A DNA stretch of 64,000 nucleotides from a bacterium (lineage in GTDB: Bacteria > UBP18 > UBA7526): assembly GCA_030615855.1 (NCBI GenBank), contig JAUWYL010000002.1, forward strand, positions 68,423-132,422, read 5' to 3'. Below the pieces are notes generated by a model that was not told the DNA's origin, ran no database searches, and worked only from the letters and a program-made list of their open reading frames with translations. The position numbers and the translations under genes were made by a program. Below are positions 19,013 to 28,614 of the stretch, piece by piece; position 1 is the first letter of the stretch; every line of letters begins with the position of its first letter.

Positions 19013-19954
19013 TTATCTTTCCCACTTTCTCACCGGCTCACTTTCAGATGTTTTTAGATACTCCTTCAATGCTTCCTGCCAAGGTCTTAATGGTTCACCT
19101 ACTGTTTTAATATAGCGATTATTATCCAGAACAGAAAACTTTGGCCTTTTTGCTGGACGATTCAATTCTCCAGAAGAAATGGGTTTCAGCGATGGGGGAT
19201 GTGCGATGTGCAATGTGTGAATGATTTCCTGGGCAAAATCACACCAGGAACAGGAACCACTATTGGAAATGTGGTAGATGCCAAATGTATCTGTATGATG
19301 TGTGATGTGTGATGTGTGATGAAGTAATTTACCTATTGCGTGAGCGAGATCTTTGGTATAGGTGGGGGAGCTAATCTGGTCATTGACTACTTTTAATTCC
19401 TTTTTCTCTTTGGCTAATTTTAATATGGTGTTAACAAAATTTTTACCGTGCTTTCCAAAAAGCCCAGAGGTTCGAATGATGAAGTATCTATCTAAAAGCA
19501 AAGAAATATGTTTCTCTCCCTCTAATTTGCTTTTTCCATAGACGCTCAAAGGGTTAGGTTCATCGCTCTCAAGATAGGGCTCTTTCTTTTCTCCATCAAA
19601 GACGAAGTCCGTGCTGATATAAGCCATAACTGCCTTACACTCTTTGCAAGCGAGGGCTACATTCTGAGTACCAGTGCCATTTATTCTATAGACCAAATCC
19701 TCATTTTCCTCACAGCCATCGACATCCGTATAGGCGGCAGCATGAATCACAATCTCCGGCTTCGCTTCACAAATGTTTTTAATTATTTCTTCTTTACTTG
19801 TAATATCTGACTTGATATACTCCATTGATCCCAGATCCCAGATCCTAGATCCTGGATCTTTTACATCTATTCCGAACAGCTCATGCTCTTTTGATAGGGC
19901 CTCTACCAGATCCCTGCCCAGCATCCCACAAGCACCGGTAATTAAAATACGCAT
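19013..19954 (-). CDS. rmlD: dTDP-4-dehydrorhamnose reductase
   Basis: 313 aa. It has the RmlD pattern (short SDR; HAAAYTDVD; YGKSKLEGE). Two in-frame heptamer STRs, (CATCACA)4 and (GATCCCA)4, encode HHTSHITHH and [11 protein letters not shown]. Confidence 0.75.
   Translation of the reverse strand: MRILITGACGMLGRDLVEALSKEHELFGIDVKDPGSRIWDLGSMEYIKSDITSKEEIIKNICEAKPEIVIHAAAYTDVDGCEENEDLVYRINGTGTQNVALACKECKAVMAYISTDFVFDGEKKEPYLESDEPNPLSVYGKSKLEGEKHISLLLDRYFIIRTSGLFGKHGKNFVNTILKLAKEKKELKVVNDQISSPTYTKDLAHAIGKLLHHTSHITHHTDTFGIYHISNSGSCSWCDFAQEIIHTLHIAHPPSLKPISSGELNRPAKRPKFSVLDNNRYIKTVGEPLRPWQEALKEYLKTSESEPVRKWER
19293..19323 (-). repeat. (GTGTGAT)4 heptamer STR inside rmlD
   Basis: The sequence is gtatgatgtgtgatgtgtgatgtgtgat, in-frame. 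Confidence 0.9.
19827..19858 (-). repeat. (GATCCCA)4-like heptamer STR inside rmlD
   Basis: The sequence is gatcccagatcccagatcctagatcctggatc, in-frame. Confidence 0.9.
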
Positions 19955-19960
19955 CCTATC

Positions 19961-20968
19961 CTAATTCTCCATACCATACTGCTTCTTATAGAACTCTTCT
20001 GCCTTCTCTTTTAATCTCTTCCACCAAGATTCATTATTTCTATACCAGTCAACCGTCTCTTTTAAAGCCTTTTCAAAATTATGTTCTGGCTCCCAACCCA
20101 ACTTCCTTATTTTACTGGAATCTAGGGAGTACCTCCGATCGTGACCTGGTCTGTCCTTCACCTTCCTGATTAGGTCTTCACTCTTACCCAATATTTTAAG
20201 GACTGATTTGGTAATCTCAATGTTTGTTCTTTCGTTATCTGCTCCCACATTGTATATCTCGCCTATCTCTCCTTTATGGAGGATGAGATCGATTGCTCGG
20301 CAATTATCTAGGGCGTAGAGCCAGTCTCTGACATTCATACCATCTCCATATAAAGGAAGGAGCTTATTCTCTAAGGCGTTGGTAATGAAAAGGGGTATCA
20401 ATTTCTCAGGAAACTGGTAATGTCCGTAGTTATTTGAGGAACGGGTAATAATCATGGGAAGTTTGTAGGTAGTAAAATAAGATAGGCAGAGGAGGTCAGC
20501 GCTTGCCTTGCTCGCCGCATAGGGACTGGAGGGATTGAGAGGGTCGGTTTCTTTAAAAGAGCCTTTCTCAATGCTTCCGTAGACTTCATCAGTACTAATC
20601 TGAATATATCTGTTAATCTTATATCTCCTGGCAGCCTCTAAGAGAGTATAAGTTCCATAGATATCTGTTCGGATAAAGGATTCTGGTTCCAGGATGGAAC
20701 GGTCCACATGTGACTCGGCAGCGAAATTCAAAATCGTATCAACTCTTTCTTTGACTACACTATCTACTACTTTTTTATCGCGGATGTCTCCTTTGATGAA
20801 TCTATAATTTGGATTTTTCTCCACATCTCTTAAATTTTCAAGGTTCCCAGAATAGGTTAATTTATCAAGATTAGTAATTTCATAATCTGGGTATTTTCCC
20901 AAGAGATATCTAATGAAGTTAGACCCAATAAACCCCGCACCACCAGTGACTAGAATTCTCATCTGCAT
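19961..20968 (-). CDS. rmlB: dTDP-glucose 4,6-dehydratase
   Basis: 335 aa with the canonical RmlB blocks (ILVTGGAGFIGSN; DEVYG; YAASKA). Confidence 0.85.
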   Translation of the reverse strand: MQMRILVTGGAGFIGSNFIRYLLGKYPDYEITNLDKLTYSGNLENLRDVEKNPNYRFIKGDIRDKKVVDSVVKERVDTILNFAAESHVDRSILEPESFIRTDIYGTYTLLEAARRYKINRYIQISTDEVYGSIEKGSFKETDPLNPSSPYAASKASADLLCLSYFTTYKLPMIITRSSNNYGHYQFPEKLIPLFITNALENKLLPLYGDGMNVRDWLYALDNCRAIDLILHKGEIGEIYNVGADNERTNIEITKSVLKILGKSEDLIRKVKDRPGHDRRYSLDSSKIRKLGWEPEHNFEKALKETVDWYRNNESWWKRLKEKAEEFYKKQYGMEN

Positions 20969-21089
20969 CTTCCTTTAATCAAATTTAGAAATATAGAGAT
21001 ATTGTCTACCTTTAAAAAGGGTTGGGGCGGGGTGAAGCCACATCCCCCAGTTACCAATATTTTCTTTCTATCTGCGTAATCCGTTGTAC

Positions 21090-21578
21090 TCACCATCCTT
21101 TTCTTCCTTTCCACTTCTCATAGGGGACGGAGGGATCGTCCAGAGATAAACGATGCTCATCTGGCTTCTGATAATCATAGAGATGGGTTGGAATATTTAA
21201 AAGCCAGCAATCTTCATTCCCCAAGTTCTCTATCCCATGAACTACTAAAGGCGGGATACTTAAGACCACCAGATTATCTTCACCAATGTCATACTCCTCG
21301 ACCTGGCCAAAGGTAGGGGAATCCTTGCGGCCATCATATAAGACTATCCTTCCTTTCCCTTTTATGAGACAGAAGTTATCTGTCTGTATCTTATGGTAAT
21401 GCCACCCTTTAATCCATCCTGGCTTGCACTTGCTGATATAGACCTGACCGAACTTCTCGAATATCTCATCATCTGAGCGCAGAATCTCAAATAATGCTCC
21501 CCTTTCATCCTCTAAAACTTTGAGTCTTTTAATCTTTACTCCCTCAATCATCTTACCTTCCTCTTTCGCTTCGCTCAA
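21090..21578 (-). CDS. rmlC: dTDP-4-dehydrorhamnose 3,5-epimerase-like cupin
   Basis: 162 aa cupin with an RmlC-like His/Lys region (GWHYHKIQTDNFCLIKG). It lies between rmlB and rmlA. Confidence 0.6.
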   Translation of the reverse strand: MSEAKEEGKMIEGVKIKRLKVLEDERGALFEILRSDDEIFEKFGQVYISKCKPGWIKGWHYHKIQTDNFCLIKGKGRIVLYDGRKDSPTFGQVEEYDIGEDNLVVLSIPPLVVHGIENLGNEDCWLLNIPTHLYDYQKPDEHRLSLDDPSVPYEKWKGRKGW

Positions 21579-21589
21579 TCGTCGGAGTA

Positions 21590-21680
21590 GGAAAGTACAA
21601 AAGTATAAGAGTAAATAAGTAAAGAGATGATGGACTACTTACTTTCCTACTTTCCTACTTTTATACTTTCTTACTCTACA
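21590..21680. repeat. Intergenic inverted word-repeat block between rmlC and rmlA (GTAGGAAAGTA ... TACTTTCCTAC x2)
   Basis: Long imperfect palindrome built from 7-8-mers. Confidence 0.75.
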
Positions 21681-22740
21681 ATACTTCCAGTCTGCTTCTG
21701 TCCCCTAAAGTAAATCTATAGCTCTGCGGTTTGGCCTTGGTTTTGGAGATAGAGACTTCTTTTCCAATGAGGCTCTCGTTTATCCTTCCTGAGATGCTAT
21801 CGATACTACTCTCCTCCAAGATGATGCTATGTTCGATTTCACTATTTCTTATTGTCGTTCCCCAGTAGATGGAGGTAAAGGGACCGATGTAGGAGTTGAT
21901 TATCCTACTTCTTTTACCGATGATCGCTGGACCACGGATGACGCTATTGATTATTCGGGCTCCTTTTTCAACGACTACTCTTCCTGTGATCCTGGAATCC
22001 CCATCTACCTTACCTTCGATCTTGGTCGACATGGATTCCAGGATAAGACGATTGGCTTCTAAGACATCCTCCACCTTACCCGTATCCTTCCACCATCCCT
22101 GAATAATGTGAGAACAGACCTTATACTCTTTATCAATTAAATACTGAATGGCATCTGTTATTTCATACTCCTTCCTCCAGGAAGGTCTGATATTATTTAC
22201 TGCCTCAAAGATGTTTTTATCGAACATATAGACCCCTACTAAGGCCAGGTCGCTCTTTGGTTTTTTCGGCTTCTCAGTCAGTCTGACTATCTTCCCTTTC
22301 TCCAATTCCGCCACCCCAAATCTCTCAGGCTCCCTTACCCTGGAGAGCAGGATTAAAGCATTCAGTTTCTTACCCTTAAACTCCCGCACCAAAGAGGTAA
22401 TCCCTTCCTTAATCAGATTGTCCCCTAAATACATCACAAAGGGTTCATCCCTAAGATATCTTTGGGATATCTTCACTGCATGAGCCAGTCCCAGGGGTGC
22501 CTCCTGCTCAATGTAAGTCACTTTCAGACCCCACTTCTTTCCCGTACCAACCGCTTCTTTTATCTCCTCCTTTGTCTCTCCCACAACAATACCTATATCC
22601 TTTATCCTGGCATCAGCAATGGCCTCCAATCCATAGAAGAGGATGGGTTTATTGGCAATAGGAATGAGCTGTTTTGCTCCGGTATGAGTGATGGGCCGCA
22701 GCCTCGTTCCCCTTCCTCCACTCAATACTAACGCTTTCAT
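21676..22740 (-). CDS. rmlA: Glucose-1-phosphate thymidylyltransferase, long form with C-terminal left-handed beta-helix
   Basis: It carries the GGxGTRL motif (LSGGRGTRLRP) and a hexapeptide-repeat C-terminus. The start is probably MKALVL at 22740. Confidence 0.8.
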   Translation of the reverse strand: MKALVLSGGRGTRLRPITHTGAKQLIPIANKPILFYGLEAIADARIKDIGIVVGETKEEIKEAVGTGKKWGLKVTYIEQEAPLGLAHAVKISQRYLRDEPFVMYLGDNLIKEGITSLVREFKGKKLNALILLSRVREPERFGVAELEKGKIVRLTEKPKKPKSDLALVGVYMFDKNIFEAVNNIRPSWRKEYEITDAIQYLIDKEYKVCSHIIQGWWKDTGKVEDVLEANRLILESMSTKIEGKVDGDSRITGRVVVEKGARIINSVIRGPAIIGKRSRIINSYIGPFTSIYWGTTIRNSEIEHSIILEESSIDSISGRINESLIGKEVSISKTKAKPQSYRFTLGDRSRLEVL

Positions 22741-22753
22741 ATCTCCCCCCGCA

Positions 22754-22801
22754 AACACAGATGGACACAGATAGGTTACAGATTCACACAGATCACAGAT
22801 T
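22754..22801. repeat. (CACAGAT)n degenerate heptamer STR
   Basis: The sequence is acacagatggacacagataggttacagattcacacagatcacagatttg. The same word also occurs at 41300-41340. Confidence 0.8.
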
Positions 22802-22889
22802 TGATATTAATGGACTATATCGCCCAAGATCAAAAATCCAGCCCCTACTAACCCCTTCTAATTCTTCCTAATCCCTACTAACCCTTGTT

Positions 22890-23843
22890 TTATGCTCTTT
22901 CTCTCCAGTAATCCAGTAGATCCTCAAGGGTTTTCTCAAAGGGTATCTCTGGCTTCCAGCCCGTTGCTTCCCTAAACTTTGTACTGTCTCCCACAAGTAC
23001 CGGCACATCGGATGGTCTCATCCTCTTGGGATCTTCCTTTATCTCTATCTTCTCCTTTGTTAGTTTCAATAATATATTTAGGACTTCCTTAATCTTCCAT
23101 CCCTTACCAGAACAGATATTATAGACCTCTCCTGGCTTCCCTTTCTCTGTGGCCAGCCAATAGGCCTTTACCATATCGCGAACATCAGTAAAATCCCTTA
23201 TCGCCTCCAGATTGCCCACGTGGATGACTGGCTCCTGCTTCTTCTTCTCGATCTTAGCGATCTGTTTGGCGAAGTCACTACAAACGAAGACCTCTCCCCG
23301 GCGGGGCCCGCAATGATTGAAACCTCTTGTTCTAATAATGTTCAGTCCATAACTTTTATAGTATTGATAACCCAGTAGGTCCTGTCCCACCTTACTTACC
23401 GCATAGGGAGATAAGGGTCTCAAAGGATTGGTCTCTTTAACAGGTAGTTCATCCTCCTCCACCAGGCCATACTCCTCCGAGCTTCCTGCGATCTGGATAA
23501 CAGGATTTATTTCCAATTCCCTCACCGCCTCAAAGACATTTAATTCTCCAATGATGTTAGTGGTTAGTGTCTCTTGAGGAGCATGCCAGGAGGTAGGAAC
23601 AAAGGACTGGGCAGCAAGATGGAATATTTTGTCCGGTTTTATCTTCTCAATAAGTTTTTTAACCGAGGAGGCATCCCGAATATCACAGCCCATCAAGGCT
23701 ATCCTGTTCTTAATATGCTCTATATTTTCTGTCTTCGATCTCCACCTCTCAATCCCGTAGATCTCGATATCTCCCTTCTTTAACAAGAAGTCTGCCAGGT
23801 GGCTTCCTACAAATCCAGTAATTCCCGTAATCAGAACCCTCAT
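22890..23843 (-). CDS. GDP-mannose 4,6-dehydratase / GDP-4-keto-6-deoxymannose reductase (Rmd)-family SDR
   Basis: 317 aa with the ITGITGFVGSHLADFLL N-terminus characteristic of Gmd/Rmd and a YAVSK motif. Confidence 0.6.
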   Translation of the reverse strand: MRVLITGITGFVGSHLADFLLKKGDIEIYGIERWRSKTENIEHIKNRIALMGCDIRDASSVKKLIEKIKPDKIFHLAAQSFVPTSWHAPQETLTTNIIGELNVFEAVRELEINPVIQIAGSSEEYGLVEEDELPVKETNPLRPLSPYAVSKVGQDLLGYQYYKSYGLNIIRTRGFNHCGPRRGEVFVCSDFAKQIAKIEKKKQEPVIHVGNLEAIRDFTDVRDMVKAYWLATEKGKPGEVYNICSGKGWKIKEVLNILLKLTKEKIEIKEDPKRMRPSDVPVLVGDSTKFREATGWKPEIPFEKTLEDLLDYWRERA

Positions 23844-23845
23844 TC

Positions 23846-25135
23846 CTACCTCCCTATTCCTTGGTATTTGAAACCCATTTTCTTCATTTCTTCTGGCTCA
23901 TAGATATTCCTTCCATCAATAATGACTGGTATTTTGAGTAATCTTTTAATCTTCTTTAAATCCAATTCCTTAAACTCATTCCACTCTGTCAGGATGACCA
24001 AACAATCGCTCTTTTTAGCCACCTCATAGGCATCCTGGCAGAACTCGACTCTCTTTAAGATCTGTTTTGCCTTTTCCATGGCCGCAGGATCAAAGGCCTT
24101 TATTCTCGCTCCCTCTTTCTGTAGGGCTTTAATAATATCTAAGGAAGGAGCATATCTTAAATCATCAGTATTGGGCTTAAAGGAAAGCCCCAGGATGCCT
24201 ATGGTCTTATGGTTCAGGTTCCAAAGGGTCTTCTCTATCTTCTTTACTATAAGCCTCTTCTGGGCCTCGTTTATTCTCTCCACTTCCTTTAAAAGGTTGA
24301 AATTATATCCTAACTTCTGGGCAATATGTCGGAAAGCAGCCAAGTCCTTTGGGAAGCAGAATCCTCCAAAGCCTATCCCAGCGTTCAGGAAGGCCCTTCC
24401 GATCCTCTTATCATAGCCCATGCCCTCTGCCACCTGTAATACATCTGCTCCGGTCTTCTCACAGAGATTGGCCACAGCATTGATGAAGGATATCTTGGTA
24501 GCTAAGAAGGCATTAGAGGCATGCTTTATTATCTCAGCACTCTTTATATCAGTAATTATAATAGGTGCTTTTAATGGCTTATATAATTCAGTCATGATCT
24601 TTTCTGCCCTTTTGCTCTCTATTCCTAAGACGATCCGGTCGGGATTCATGAAGTCATGGATTGCCGAGCCCTCCTTTAAGAACTCTGGGTTCGAAACCAC
24701 ATCAAAGGGAACTTTCTTCCTGTTATTGATCTTAATGGTATGCTTCACCCACTCCCCGGTCTCTACGGGAACGGTACTCTTCTCCACAATGACCTTGTAA
24801 CTTTTCATATTCTTTGCGATCTCTTTGGAGACCGCCTCCACATAGGATAAATCCGCCTCCCCGCCCTTCTTGGGTGGAGTACCAACAGCGATGAAGATGA
24901 CCTTTGATTTTCTCACCCCCTCCTCTATACTGGTAGTAAAGGATAGTCTCTTCTCTTTAACATTTCTTTTGACCAGTTCCTCCAGTCCTGGTTCATAGAT
25001 GGGCATAATATTCTTCTTTAAGAGTCTAATCTTCTCCTCATCATTATCGACGCAGATGACCTTATTTCCTAAATCAGCAAAACAGGTTCCAGTAACCAAG
25101 CCAACATATCCCGAACCAATAACTGCAATATTCAT
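23846..25135 (-). CDS. ugd: UDP-glucose 6-dehydrogenase
   Basis: It has the NAD-binding N-terminus MNIAVIGSGYVG and a catalytic Cys region (GFGGFCFPKD). An RBS (GGAGGGG) precedes the ATG at 25135. Confidence 0.85.
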   Translation of the reverse strand: MNIAVIGSGYVGLVTGTCFADLGNKVICVDNDEEKIRLLKKNIMPIYEPGLEELVKRNVKEKRLSFTTSIEEGVRKSKVIFIAVGTPPKKGGEADLSYVEAVSKEIAKNMKSYKVIVEKSTVPVETGEWVKHTIKINNRKKVPFDVVSNPEFLKEGSAIHDFMNPDRIVLGIESKRAEKIMTELYKPLKAPIIITDIKSAEIIKHASNAFLATKISFINAVANLCEKTGADVLQVAEGMGYDKRIGRAFLNAGIGFGGFCFPKDLAAFRHIAQKLGYNFNLLKEVERINEAQKRLIVKKIEKTLWNLNHKTIGILGLSFKPNTDDLRYAPSLDIIKALQKEGARIKAFDPAAMEKAKQILKRVEFCQDAYEVAKKSDCLVILTEWNEFKELDLKKIKRLLKIPVIIDGRNIYEPEEMKKMGFKYQGIGR

Positions 25136-25293
25136 CCCGCCCCTCCTTCTATGGTGCAATTTGCTATTTTAAGCAGTATATGATTATTCTTACTATATCG
25201 ATTTCGCAACGAATTACAAAGAGGGGCGGGATACATTTTGTATATCTCCATTTAAACTATCAATATAGCACATATAAGCCCTTTTGTCAAATT

Positions 25294-27423
25294 TTAGAAT
25301 ACTCCCTTCTCCTTGCCCTTCTCAATCTCCTTATCGAGTTGGTGCTGATGTCCTACCTTCAGTCCCGGGAACTCCTTTATGTTGAACTGGAGCCAGACCT
25401 TATGTTCCTCTAACTCAAGATAGGCCCTCTCCTTATAACGATAAGAAAAGGTTATCTCCCAGCAGTGGAGATCCCGCCAGAGCTCTGCCCCTACATCCCT
25501 CAATTCAAAGTCGCGGTCTAAAGGATCCTGCCGAAACCTATTCGATACCGTCAATCTCCACTTCTTCTTCCTATCCAACCAGAACCTCGCTCCACTGAAT
25601 AGGTGTTGGACATCATTAGAAATGTTATCAGCATCAGAGCCCTGGGTAAATCGGTGGCCAAAGTAGAAAGAGGTATATCTATTGGGGACGATTTCAAACC
25701 TATTGCCCAGGTTGGTCATCTTATTCACCCCACCGATGCTATATCCTGCATCAAGATCATACTCCAGGCATTTGGCAGGCCAGAGGCTTAGATCAAGTCT
25801 TATCTTATCCCAATGCTTTTCTTCTTTCTTAAGGTCATAGAGGGTAGAGAGTTTTACTTTTAACCTCTTGGGGGGAAGTTGTAGCCTGAAAGCACCCTCT
25901 ACCTGGCTTACTCCCGCCCCGGGATCAAAGGAGACATCGGTAGGCTCATGGACATTCTGAGAGTACTTGTAGACTATATCATTCTGAAGATACCTAGTAA
26001 TCCTGGTATTCAGCCTCCCAATCCCCTCATAGGTACCCCAATAGATATCGTCCTTATTCAATTTACTTGTCTGGTCATAGAAGTGTTGGGTATAGCCCCC
26101 CGTAAGAGAAGCCCCCATCCTGGGTCCCAGTTTGATAGGAGTAGTGAGATGCTGGGCAAGGTTTGCATTCCAACCTGTGAACCCCTGAGTCTTAGTATAG
26201 AGGCTCGTTGCCTGAACCTTTCCCTTATAGTAGAGAGGAAGACGACCAATGTTTATATAGCTACTCCCCAGGGTCAGTTCGGGAAGCTTCTGTTCTTGCT
26301 TACCAAACTTCTCGGTGCTGGGGTCCCAGGACTCCTTGAGGTGTCCCACACCCCTCATATAATAGCGGGGCTTGGTCCTGGTTACTGCCCCATAATAGTT
26401 AAGTTCCCTGGTCACCCTCTCCCTTGCCCCTGGCTCGTACTCTCTATTGAACTCGTCAACGCTCACATAGTCAACATAGGCTAAAGCACTTACATCCTTT
26501 GGTAGAGAGTGAGAATAGCGTAACTGGGCCTTATACCTCTCAGTGATTGCTCCTGGCTCCCGATAGTATTCACCATCATCGAACTTCTTTATCTCATGCT
26601 CCTTAATGTGGTAGCCATATAGAGTCCCGCTTCCCACATCCTTTCCTTTCCGCGAGATGGTATATTTATACCCTAATCCCTTCCCCCAGCCTGCTCTTCC
26701 TAAGTAGTCGCCATATAATGTTCCCCGGGAGCGATAGACCTTCCTCCAGGCCTGGGGGCGGAAATAGAAGTTATATCTGCTCTCCACCGTCCAGCCTCTT
26801 TTATTATCCTCACCAGGAACGATCACCCATCCATAGGGAACCCCAGTAAGGGAGCGAGTATAGAAAGGGAGATATAAGAGAGGCGCCTTTCCTAAGAAAA
26901 AGACCGCATTGTAAAGCCATATCCTATTCTCCAGACGTACATAGGCCGGATGGGCCCAGAAATGATAGTGAGGGGAAGGGTGCTCACAGGTAGTGAAGAT
27001 GCCTCTCTTGACTTTATATTTATCCTCTTCTAACTTGATCATCTCCTTTCCTTTGAAGTACCAGGGATCGGCATAGGTCGATCCCGGAAAACCGGCCACC
27101 TTCTTTATCTCCCCCTTCTTGGTCTTTGTACTATAGGTAATGGAGGTCCCTCTTATCTCCCTTATCCCATCCCAGAGGGAGGCATGCCCCTCGGCAACCG
27201 TCTCACCAGTTTTTAGGTTCATCTTTACCAGATCCGCCTCTAAGACAGTGTACTTCTGGGTCATCTTTACATTTCCAATGGCAACGATAATCCCCTCTTC
27301 TCGTAGGTATTCTATATAATCTGCCTCACAGTAGATGGGCTCCTCTTCTTCCTGAGCCATGAGAGAAGAGGCAAAGAGAATCAAAATAACGATAACAGAT
27401 AGGATAATTGCTTTAAATCTCAT
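25294..27423 (-). CDS. lptD: LPS-assembly outer membrane protein LptD (OstA family)
   Basis: 709 aa with a signal peptide, an N-terminal OstA/LptA-like beta-jellyroll and a large C-terminal beta-barrel that ends in an aromatic residue (..KGVF). Confidence 0.7.
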   Translation of the reverse strand: MRFKAIILSVIVILILFASSLMAQEEEEPIYCEADYIEYLREEGIIVAIGNVKMTQKYTVLEADLVKMNLKTGETVAEGHASLWDGIREIRGTSITYSTKTKKGEIKKVAGFPGSTYADPWYFKGKEMIKLEEDKYKVKRGIFTTCEHPSPHYHFWAHPAYVRLENRIWLYNAVFFLGKAPLLYLPFYTRSLTGVPYGWVIVPGEDNKRGWTVESRYNFYFRPQAWRKVYRSRGTLYGDYLGRAGWGKGLGYKYTISRKGKDVGSGTLYGYHIKEHEIKKFDDGEYYREPGAITERYKAQLRYSHSLPKDVSALAYVDYVSVDEFNREYEPGARERVTRELNYYGAVTRTKPRYYMRGVGHLKESWDPSTEKFGKQEQKLPELTLGSSYINIGRLPLYYKGKVQATSLYTKTQGFTGWNANLAQHLTTPIKLGPRMGASLTGGYTQHFYDQTSKLNKDDIYWGTYEGIGRLNTRITRYLQNDIVYKYSQNVHEPTDVSFDPGAGVSQVEGAFRLQLPPKRLKVKLSTLYDLKKEEKHWDKIRLDLSLWPAKCLEYDLDAGYSIGGVNKMTNLGNRFEIVPNRYTSFYFGHRFTQGSDADNISNDVQHLFSGARFWLDRKKKWRLTVSNRFRQDPLDRDFELRDVGAELWRDLHCWEITFSYRYKERAYLELEEHKVWLQFNIKEFPGLKVGHQHQLDKEIEKGKEKGVF

Positions 27424-27533
27424 ATTTTCACTTTAATCAGGCCACAAGTCTCATGTTTAGGAAGCGGTGAATCGGTGAGCCGGTGAATCGGAGACTTTCT
27501 CCGTTTCTCCCCTTCTCCGTTTCAACATTTTTA

Positions 27534-27596
27534 CAGCCTGTAGCCTGGAGCCTGGAGCCTGTAGCCTGAAACCTGCAGCCTGAAGCCTGAAGCCTG
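27534..27596. repeat. (NAGCCTG)9 heptamer STR between the HTH-transaldolase gene and lptD
   Basis: The sequence is cagcctg tagcctg gagcctg gagcctg tagcctg aaacctg cagcctg aagcctg aagcctg. A second STR, (ATCGGTGA)-like, lies at 27463-27490. Confidence 0.9.
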
Positions 27597-27600
27597 CATC

Positions 27601-28443
27601 TTATTTTGAGATCTTCTTCCAATCCGCCAAGAATTTTTCTACTCCTTCATCTGTTAAAGGATGCCTGATCAGTTTCTCAAGGACACTGAAGGGAATGGTA
27701 ACTCCTCCTGCTCCAGATAAAGCCGCTTTCTCCACCTGAAGAGGACTCCTTATGCTCGCTACAATCACCTCTGTCTTGAAGCCATAGTTTTTATAAACCT
27801 GAACAATGTCCTTCACCATATCCATTCCCTCTTGGCCAATGTCATCCAATCTTCCCGCAAAAGGAAAGCAATAGGTAGCTCCTGCTTTGGCTGCCAAAAG
27901 TGCCTGAGAGGAAGAGAAGACTAAAGTTACCCCAGTCTTTATTCCCCCTTTACTTAGGATCTTTACCGCTTTTAGGCCCTCTGGGGTAATGGGGATTTTG
28001 ACTATTATATTCTTATAGAGCTTAGCTAATTCCTCAGCCTCAGAGACAATCTTTCCTGCCTCAGTAGCTACTGGCTCCACACTAATTGGTCCATCTATTA
28101 TATTAGTAATCTCTTTGGTGAGAGCCTCAAGGTTTTTTCCCTCCTTTACTATGGATGAAGGGTTGGTCGTCACCCCATCGATAAGCCCCCAATCTGTGGC
28201 TTTCTTTATCTCTTCTATATTGGCGGTATCAAGGAATATCTTCATTCCTTCCGCTTCCCTCTTCTTCTCTTTAATCGCTCCCCCATGGGTCCTCCTTAAG
28301 AGACCTTTTCCCTCCATCTCTTCCAGATCTCTCCTTATGGTAGAGGAAGAGACCTTCAACGATTTGCTCAACTCTTCCACGCTAACTCTTCCCTGTTCTC
28401 TCAAAACCTTTAGTATCTCCTCCTGCCTTTGCTCATTAAACAT
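27601..28443 (-). CDS. Fusion protein: DeoR-type HTH domain + complete transaldolase/fructose-6-phosphate aldolase (TalC/Fsa family)
   Basis: The N-terminal 57 aa is EEILKVLREQGRVSVEELSKSLKVSSSTIRRDLEEMEGKGLL, a DeoR HTH. After a KEKKREAEG linker comes MKIFLDTANIEE...TTNP...FPFAGRLDD, a full-length TalC-like TIM barrel. Confidence 0.7.
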   Translation of the reverse strand: MFNEQRQEEILKVLREQGRVSVEELSKSLKVSSSTIRRDLEEMEGKGLLRRTHGGAIKEKKREAEGMKIFLDTANIEEIKKATDWGLIDGVTTNPSSIVKEGKNLEALTKEITNIIDGPISVEPVATEAGKIVSEAEELAKLYKNIIVKIPITPEGLKAVKILSKGGIKTGVTLVFSSSQALLAAKAGATYCFPFAGRLDDIGQEGMDMVKDIVQVYKNYGFKTEVIVASIRSPLQVEKAALSGAGGVTIPFSVLEKLIRHPLTDEGVEKFLADWKKISK

Positions 28444-28614
28444 CTTGAACCTCCTGCTTAATCACGCTCATTTGGTCAAATTTCTAATAACTCATATAAT
28501 ATCACATATATATTCTGTAGTCAAATTAAAACAAAAGCCCCCAAAAGAATGGGAGCTAAGATCTTTAAGGGTGAGGCAATTTATGTTCGATCGAATACAA
28601 ATTGCCTCAAATCT

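Noticed and set aside
17931-19025. Long N-terminal extensions in the track ORFs for the UDP-xylose synthase, trpB, rmlA, ugd, uvrA and the CdsA-like gene
   Set aside because: In each case a canonical conserved N-terminus begins at an internal Met with an RBS. The upstream extension is translation of STR or intergenic sequence, so the starts were moved inward.
27437-27622. 61-aa ORF whose translation is RLQASGCRFQATGSRLQATGCK
   Set aside because: The ORF is produced entirely by reading through the (NAGCCTG)9 heptamer repeat and the adjacent (ATCGGTGA) repeat. It is periodic nonsense, not a gene.
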